Source: Desulfobacterales bacterium (GTDB lineage: Bacteria > Desulfobacterota > Desulfobacteria > Desulfobacterales > UBA2174). From it: DNA of 64,000 bases. Under the pieces are notes generated by a model. The model ran no database searches. It had not been told where the DNA came from and saw only the letters and a list, made by a program, of their open reading frames with translations. A program made the position numbers and the translations under genes. Numbering within the stretch: position 1 is the stretch's first letter; every line of letters begins with the position of its first letter. The stretch covers positions 96,001 through 160,000 of the forward strand of contig CAXXWC010000010.1 in assembly GCA_963668645.2 (NCBI GenBank). The letters run 5' to 3'. Of the stretch, positions 57,054-64,000 are shown one piece after another.

Positions 57054-60000
57054 TTATTGACCGTCGTTTCCTGTCTGAAAAGCAGAAGAAGCCTCTTCCG
57101 GCTTCAGGTACGCCTGCAACGGCTGTACCCCCAGCTCCCGCTTTTGCATGGCGGCGATCCCTCTTGCCATGGCCCTGGCCCCGGCCATGGTGGTGGCGTA
57201 CGGGATGCGGTACTTGATGGCCGCCCGCCGGATCTCGAATCCGTCGCGCTGGGTCTCTTCGCGCCGGCCGCCGCCGGTGTTGATCACCAGGTGGATCTCC
57301 TGGTTCTTGATGGCGTCCACCACGTGGGGCCGGCCCAGCGACACCTTGTTGATCGGACGGTTGGCAATCCCCTCGGCCGCCAAAAAATCGCTGGTGCCCC
57401 GGGTGGCCACGATGGCAAAGCCGCATTCGGCAAACTGGCGCGCCACGGAAAGCAGGGCCGGCTTGTGGCGGTCTTCAACAGATAAAAATACCGTTCCGGC
57501 AAGGGGCAGCCGCTGGCCGGCCCCGAGCTGGGCCTTGGCATAGGCGCTGCCGAAGTAGGTGTCAATGCCCATCACCTCGCCGGTGGACTTCATTTCAGGA
57601 CCGAGCAGGGTATCGGCCCCCGGAAAACGGTCGAAGGGCAGCACGGCCTCCTTGACCGAGACATGGGCCGGGATCCGCTCGCTGGTCAGGCCCAGCTCGT
57701 CCAGGGTCTGGCCCAGCATCACCCGGGTGGCCAGCTTGGCCAGCGGCACCCCGGTGGCCTTGGAAACAAAGGGTACGGTGCGCGAGGCCCGCGGATTGAC
57801 CTCCAGCACGTAAAGCTGGTGGCCCTTGATGGCGTACTGCACGTTCATCAGCCCCACCACGCCCAGCTCCATGGCCATGGCCCGGGTGGCGGCGGCCACT
57901 TCCTCGATCAGTCCGGCGTCGATACTGTAGGGCGGAAGCACGCAGGCCGAGTCGCCCGAGTGGACCCCGGCCTCCTCGATGTGCTCCATGATCCCGCCGA
58001 TGATCGTCATCCGGCCGTCGCAGATCGCATCCACGTCCAGCTCCACCGCGTCTTCGAGAAACTTGTCGATCAGCACCGGATGTTCCGGAGAGGCCTGGAG
58101 GGCCAGGCGGGTGAAGTTTTCCAGATCGATCCGGTCGTAGACGATCTTCATGGCCCGCCCCCCGAGAACGTATGAGGGGCGCACGATCACCGGGTAGCCG
58201 ATCCGTTCGGCCACCGCAGCCGCATCGGCGATCCCCATGGCCGTCCCGTTGGGCGGCTGCTTGAGCCCGAGCTTGTTCAGCATGGCCTGGAACAGCTCCC
58301 GATCCTCGGCCCGGTCGATGCTCTCGGGCTGGGTGCCGAGGATCGGCACCCCGGCCCGGGCCAGGGGCACGGCCAGGTTGAGGGGGGTCTGGCCGCCGAA
58401 CTGCACGATGATGCCCATCGGCTTTTCGGTTTCCACGATGTGCAGCACATCCTCCTTGGTCAGCGGCTCGAAGTAGAGCTTGTCGCTGGTGTCGTAGTCC
58501 GTGCTGACCGTCTCGGGGTTGGAGTTGACCATGATGCTCTCGACGCCCATCTCGCGCAGAGCGAAGGAGGCGTGCACGCAGCAGTAGTCGAACTCGATCC
58601 CCTGGCCGATGCGGTTCGGCCCCCCGCCGAGGATCATCACCTTTTTCCGGTCCGTGACCCGCGCCTCGTCTTCTTCCTCGTAGGTGGAGTAGTAGTAAGG
58701 GGTCACGGCGCGAAATTCCGCCGCGCAGGTGTCCACCAGCTTGTAGACCGGCCGGATCCCCAGCTGCTTGCGCCGGGCTGCGACCGCATCTTCGCTGCTG
58801 CCGGTCAGGTGGGCGATCTGCACGTCGGAAAAGCCCATCCGCTTGGCCCGCCGCAGGGGTTGATAGGCCAGTTCGGCCTCAGCGCCGCGCAAGCGCTGCT
58901 CGCAGTCCACGATCTGCTGGATCTGGTACAGGAACCACGGATCGATGCCGGTCAGGCGGTGGATCGTCTCGATGGAAATCTGATGCAGCAGGGCCTGGCG
59001 CAGGTAGAAGATCCGCTGGCTGTTTGGTACGGCCAGCTTCTGCTCGATCTCGGCCCGGGTCAGTTCGGTATCGGCCCGGGCACCGCGTTCCATCCCGTCG
59101 CGGCCGTCGGCGCCCAGCCCGAAACGCCCGATCTCCAGCGAGCGCAGCCCCTTTTGCAGCGCCTCCTTGAAGGTGCGGCCGATGGCCATGGTCTCACCCA
59201 CCGAGCGCATCGCCGTGGTGAGCAGGTCCTCGGTTTCGGGAAACTTCTCGAAGGTCCAGCGCGGGATCTTGACCACGCAATAGTCCAGAGTCGGCTCGAA
59301 GGCCGCCATGGTCTCGCCGGTGATATCGTTCTTGATCTCGTCGAGGGTGTAGCCCACGGCCAGCTTGGCGGCGATCTTGGCGATGGGGTAGCCCGTGGCC
59401 TTGGAGGCCAGGGCCGAGGAGCGCGAGACGCGCGGGTTCATCTCCACCACCACCATCTCGCCGGTGCCCGGGTGGATGGCGAACTGGACGTTGGAGCCGC
59501 CGGTGTCCACCCCGATTTCGCGCATGATGGCGATGGAGGCGTCGCGCATGACCTGGTATTCGCGGTCGGTGAGGGTCTGGGCCGGGGCCACGGTGATCGA
59601 GTCGCCCGTGTGGACCCCCATGGGATCGAGGTTCTCGATGGAGCAGATGATGCACACGTTATCGTTGCGGTCGCGCATCACCTCCAGTTCGTATTCCTTC
59701 CACCCGAGCACCGACTCTTCCAGCATCACCTGGTGGATCATGCTGGCGTCGATCCCGGCCTTGGCCCACAGGTCCAGGTCCTCGGGGTTGTAAGCCACCC
59801 CGCCGCCGGTGCCACCCAGGGTGTAGCTGGGCCGCACGATGATCGGATAGCCGATTTCACCGGCGATCCGGTGGGCCTCGTCCATGTTTGTGGCGATGCC
59901 GCTGCGCGGGATCCGCAGCCCGATGCGGGCCATGGACTGGCGGAAGCGGTCGCGGTCCTCGGCCTTTTCGATGGCCTCGATGGAAGCCCCGATCAGCTCG

Positions 60001-60338
60001 ACCCCGAATTTTTCGAGGACCCCCATCCGGGCGACTTCCACCGCCGTGTTGAGTCCGGTCTGCCCGCCCAGGGTCGGCAGCAGGGCGTCGGGGCGCTCTT
60101 TTTCGATGATCAGGCTCACCGCCTGGGCCGTGACCGGCTCGATGTAGGTCCGGTCTGCCATTTCCGGGTCGGTCATGATGGTGGCCGGGTTGGAGTTGAC
60201 CAGCACCACCTCGTAGCCTTCCTCGCGCAGCGCCTTGCAGGCCTGGGTGCCGGAATAGTCGAACTCGCAGGCCTGGCTGATGATGATCGGTCCGGCCCCG
60301 ATGATCAGGATCTTGTGGATATCGGTTCGTTTGGGCAT
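57054..60338 (-). CDS. carB: Carbamoyl-phosphate synthase large subunit
   Basis: [59 protein letters not shown] domain. Confidence 0.98.
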   Translation of the reverse strand: MPKRTDIHKILIIGAGPIIISQACEFDYSGTQACKALREEGYEVVLVNSNPATIMTDPEMADRTYIEPVTAQAVSLIIEKERPDALLPTLGGQTGLNTAVEVARMGVLEKFGVELIGASIEAIEKAEDRDRFRQSMARIGLRIPRSGIATNMDEAHRIAGEIGYPIIVRPSYTLGGTGGGVAYNPEDLDLWAKAGIDASMIHQVMLEESVLGWKEYELEVMRDRNDNVCIICSIENLDPMGVHTGDSITVAPAQTLTDREYQVMRDASIAIMREIGVDTGGSNVQFAIHPGTGEMVVVEMNPRVSRSSALASKATGYPIAKIAAKLAVGYTLDEIKNDITGETMAAFEPTLDYCVVKIPRWTFEKFPETEDLLTTAMRSVGETMAIGRTFKEALQKGLRSLEIGRFGLGADGRDGMERGARADTELTRAEIEQKLAVPNSQRIFYLRQALLHQISIETIHRLTGIDPWFLYQIQQIVDCEQRLRGAEAELAYQPLRRAKRMGFSDVQIAHLTGSSEDAVAARRKQLGIRPVYKLVDTCAAEFRAVTPYYYSTYEEEDEARVTDRKKVMILGGGPNRIGQGIEFDYCCVHASFALREMGVESIMVNSNPETVSTDYDTSDKLYFEPLTKEDVLHIVETEKPMGIIVQFGGQTPLNLAVPLARAGVPILGTQPESIDRAEDRELFQAMLNKLGLKQPPNGTAMGIADAAAVAERIGYPVIVRPSYVLGGRAMKIVYDRIDLENFTRLALQASPEHPVLIDKFLEDAVELDVDAICDGRMTIIGGIMEHIEEAGVHSGDSACVLPPYSIDAGLIEEVAAATRAMAMELGVVGLMNVQYAIKGHQLYVLEVNPRASRTVPFVSKATGVPLAKLATRVMLGQTLDELGLTSERIPAHVSVKEAVLPFDRFPGADTLLGPEMKSTGEVMGIDTYFGSAYAKAQLGAGQRLPLAGTVFLSVEDRHKPALLSVARQFAECGFAIVATRGTSDFLAAEGIANRPINKVSLGRPHVVDAIKNQEIHLVINTGGGRREETQRDGFEIRRAAIKYRIPYATTMAGARAMARGIAAMQKRELGVQPLQAYLKPEEASSAFQTGNDGQ

Positions 60339-60434
60339 GATTTCATTATGTTCCGTCAGATGCGGTTTCGGCCGGACCCGATACGGGATTTGCAGAAGCG
60401 ATTAAAAATACGGGAACCCTCATTTGAATCGAAC

Positions 60435-61607
<1,173 letters not shown>

Positions 61608-61651
61608 TTTCCAGCTTTCATATTTCGAATTTCAAATCTCAGATTCTCTCT

Positions 61652-63997
61652 TTACCCCAACGGCTCGTTTTCCACCAGATCCCAAATTCCGCAGGGGCAG
61701 GCACCGGCACAAAACCCGCAGCCGATGCACCGCTCGGGATCCACCTCATAGCGCCACGCGCCCTCTTCGAGGTCCTCGCGCCGGATGGCGCTCTGGGGGC
61801 AAACAGCGACACAGATGCCGCAATCCCGGCAACTGCCGCAGGAGGCGCATTCGGTCCCGCACTGGGCCATGTCCTCGTAGGCCACCACCCGCGGATCGAA
61901 GTAGGCCAGGGACATGCGCTGCTTGTCGATCATCTGCCGGGCCGTGCTGCGCGGCCGCCGGCCGTCCAGAATCTGGCCGATGGCGTCCGCGGCCCGGCGC
62001 CCGGCGCCGATGGCGTCGGTGAGCAGTCCGGGGCGCACCGCATCGCCGATGGCGAAGATCTTCGGGTCGCTGGTCTGAAAATGCGCGTCCACCTGGACAA
62101 AGCCGCGTGCCAGGGACACCGTCTCGGGCAAAAAGGAAAGATCCGGACTGTCGCCGATGGAAATCACCACCGTGTCGGCTGGCAGGACCTCTCCATCGCG
62201 GGTCACCAGGCCTTCGCCGGTGATCTCGCGGGTAAACAGGGGCCAGCGGAAGCGGGCCCCGATGGCTTCGGCCGCCTGGCGCTCCTTGCCGAAGGAGGCC
62301 GGCTCCTGCACGTCGATCAGGGTGATCTCCCGGGCCCCGAGGCGGTAGGCCTCGGTGGCCACGTCGCAGCCCACGTTGCCCGCACCGATGATCACCACCC
62401 GCTTTCCCGGATGGGCGGCGCCGGTCTTGGCCGCCGCCAGAAAATCCAGGGCCGTGATCATTCGCTCGGCCCCGGAAATCGGCAGGCTGCGCGGGCGGTT
62501 GGCCCCCACGGCGACCACGACAAAATCGTAGTCCGCCTCAAGCTGTTCCACGTCGGCCGGCGTCAGCGCCTGCTGCAAATGGACGTGGGGAATCACCGCC
62601 CGCACCCGTTCGAGTTCGGCGTCCAGCACATCTGCCGGAATCCGGCTTTCGGGAATCACGGCCGACATCTTGCCGCCCAGGCGCTCGGCCATATCGAAAA
62701 CCGTGGCCTCATGCCCGGCACGCCGCAGTTGCCAGGCCACCGAGATCCCGGCCGCACCGCCGCCGATCACCGCGATGCGCCGTCCGCTGGGGGGCGGCAG
62801 CTCCGGTGTACGGGCCTGGATGCTGGCCTTGCCGAGTTGGGTGACGTCCACCGGCATCATCAGGGCGGAGCGCTTGGTGCAGGCCGCCATGCACAGATTC
62901 GGGCAAAGATAACCACAAACCGCCGCAGGAAAAGGGGTATAGGCCAGGGCCAGATCCACCGCTTCGTCCACCCGCCCCTGGCGCACCAGGGACCAGCGCT
63001 CCTGGACCGGAATCCCCGAGGGGCAGCTCGCTTCGCAGGGGGCGGCATACTTGCGGTTTTCCCAGACCGGCACCCAGCGGCGCAGGTTGCCGGTGGTCAC
63101 CACCGGGATGGGAGTCCGCGTCAGATGGGTCAGGTCGCCCACCACGCCGCCGGGGCCGAGTTCGGCATCCCAGACCTCCCGGTGAAAGTCCTGCATGGCC
63201 AGCAGGGCGCGCCCCCGGCGTTCCATGGGTGTGCGTGCCGCGATCAGCTGCCACCGGCTCCGGTCGGCCAGGGTTTCTGCCAGGTCCGGGCGGCGGACGT
63301 CGGCAAGAAAGCGCGGCAACCGCTCCATGAACCACTGCCAGTCGTCATCGCCGATGGGCACCAGCTTGGCATCGGTCCTGCTGAAACCCTGATGCGGGCC
63401 GTGGAAAAAGGCCTTGCCACCCACCATCCCCACAAAGGGCCGGTACCCGAGCACATTGTCGGGGTTCTGGGCCCCGATCCCGCAGACCACGGCGATGCCG
63501 CCGGCCATGAATTCGCCGAAATAGTCGCCCACCGAGCCCAGGACCCACAGCTCGGGCGGATCGAAACGCGGGTTGCGCTTGGTCATGGTCATGCCGCGGG
63601 CCCCGATGTTGCCGGCGATGGTGATCCGGCCCTGGGCCATGCCGTTGCCCACCCCGTTGGAGGCGTGGCCGTGCACCACGATCTCGGCCCCGGCGTTGAG
63701 CCAGCCGACGTCGTCCGAGGCCGGACCCATCAATTCGATGCGGGTATTGTCGAAGCCCAGAGACCCGAGGCGCTGGCCGGCATGCCCCTCGACCACCAGA
63801 TGGACCGCCTCGTTGCCGGCCCGCCAGAGCCGCCCGCCGATCCCGTGCTGGCCGAAGGCTTCGATCCGCAGCTGGCGGCCCCCCTCGGCCACGGCCCGTT
63901 GAATCCGTTCTTCGAGAATCCGCGAGGGAAGCCGCTGGCCCTCCTGGCGCCCGGAGATGAACTGGAAAGCGGCCTGTTGCTGGTCAACCGCGTTCAT
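61652..63997 (-). CDS. Glutamate-synthase-related oxidoreductase: GXGXG (GltB C-terminal-like) + GltD-like Fe-S/FAD + 2[4Fe-4S] ferredoxin fusion
   Basis: GQHGIGG, GDYFGEFMAGG; PC...CP, CG.LCP..C...C; IGGG.AG, IGAGNVG.D; two CxxCxxCxxxCP motifs at the C-terminus. Confidence 0.85.
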   Translation of the reverse strand: MNAVDQQQAAFQFISGRQEGQRLPSRILEERIQRAVAEGGRQLRIEAFGQHGIGGRLWRAGNEAVHLVVEGHAGQRLGSLGFDNTRIELMGPASDDVGWLNAGAEIVVHGHASNGVGNGMAQGRITIAGNIGARGMTMTKRNPRFDPPELWVLGSVGDYFGEFMAGGIAVVCGIGAQNPDNVLGYRPFVGMVGGKAFFHGPHQGFSRTDAKLVPIGDDDWQWFMERLPRFLADVRRPDLAETLADRSRWQLIAARTPMERRGRALLAMQDFHREVWDAELGPGGVVGDLTHLTRTPIPVVTTGNLRRWVPVWENRKYAAPCEASCPSGIPVQERWSLVRQGRVDEAVDLALAYTPFPAAVCGYLCPNLCMAACTKRSALMMPVDVTQLGKASIQARTPELPPPSGRRIAVIGGGAAGISVAWQLRRAGHEATVFDMAERLGGKMSAVIPESRIPADVLDAELERVRAVIPHVHLQQALTPADVEQLEADYDFVVVAVGANRPRSLPISGAERMITALDFLAAAKTGAAHPGKRVVIIGAGNVGCDVATEAYRLGAREITLIDVQEPASFGKERQAAEAIGARFRWPLFTREITGEGLVTRDGEVLPADTVVISIGDSPDLSFLPETVSLARGFVQVDAHFQTSDPKIFAIGDAVRPGLLTDAIGAGRRAADAIGQILDGRRPRSTARQMIDKQRMSLAYFDPRVVAYEDMAQCGTECASCGSCRDCGICVAVCPQSAIRREDLEEGAWRYEVDPERCIGCGFCAGACPCGIWDLVENEPLG

Positions 63998-64000
63998 AAC

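Overview
High-GC chromosomal window, most likely from a sulfate-reducing deltaproteobacterium (Desulfobacterales-like; inferred from gene content, not proven). Left part (1-31 kb): housekeeping and metabolic genes (a stand-alone EF-G paralog, murB, rarD, an IHF-alpha paralog, tkt). It also carries a Tat-exported selenocysteine formate dehydrogenase operon (fdnG-fdnH-fdhE) that the ORF track splits at an in-frame UGA followed by a SECIS-like hairpin. That operon is preceded by a MalT/BTAD regulator with three GTAACC direct repeats and is flanked by a thiol-redox / binding-protein / sensor-kinase operon and a receiver-STAS gene. Middle (31.5-51.7 kb): a co-oriented surface-protein locus: subtilase, TPR + beta-barrel, FecR-domain protein, a ~4280-aa mosaic adhesin ending in a Gly-rich 'CFI' + TM + basic tail, a membrane HEAT protein and a CPBP (CAAX-type) intramembrane protease. 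This is a candidate dedicated export/C-terminal sorting system. Next is a metallophosphoesterase-NACHT-CLec(FGE-sulfatase) protein whose last ~120 nt resemble the variable region of a diversity-generating retroelement; no template repeat or reverse transcriptase was seen in the window. Right end: a glutamate-synthase-like fusion, carA, carB and purF. No tRNA, rRNA, CRISPR array or transposase was found. All family calls come from motif recognition by eye, not database searches.
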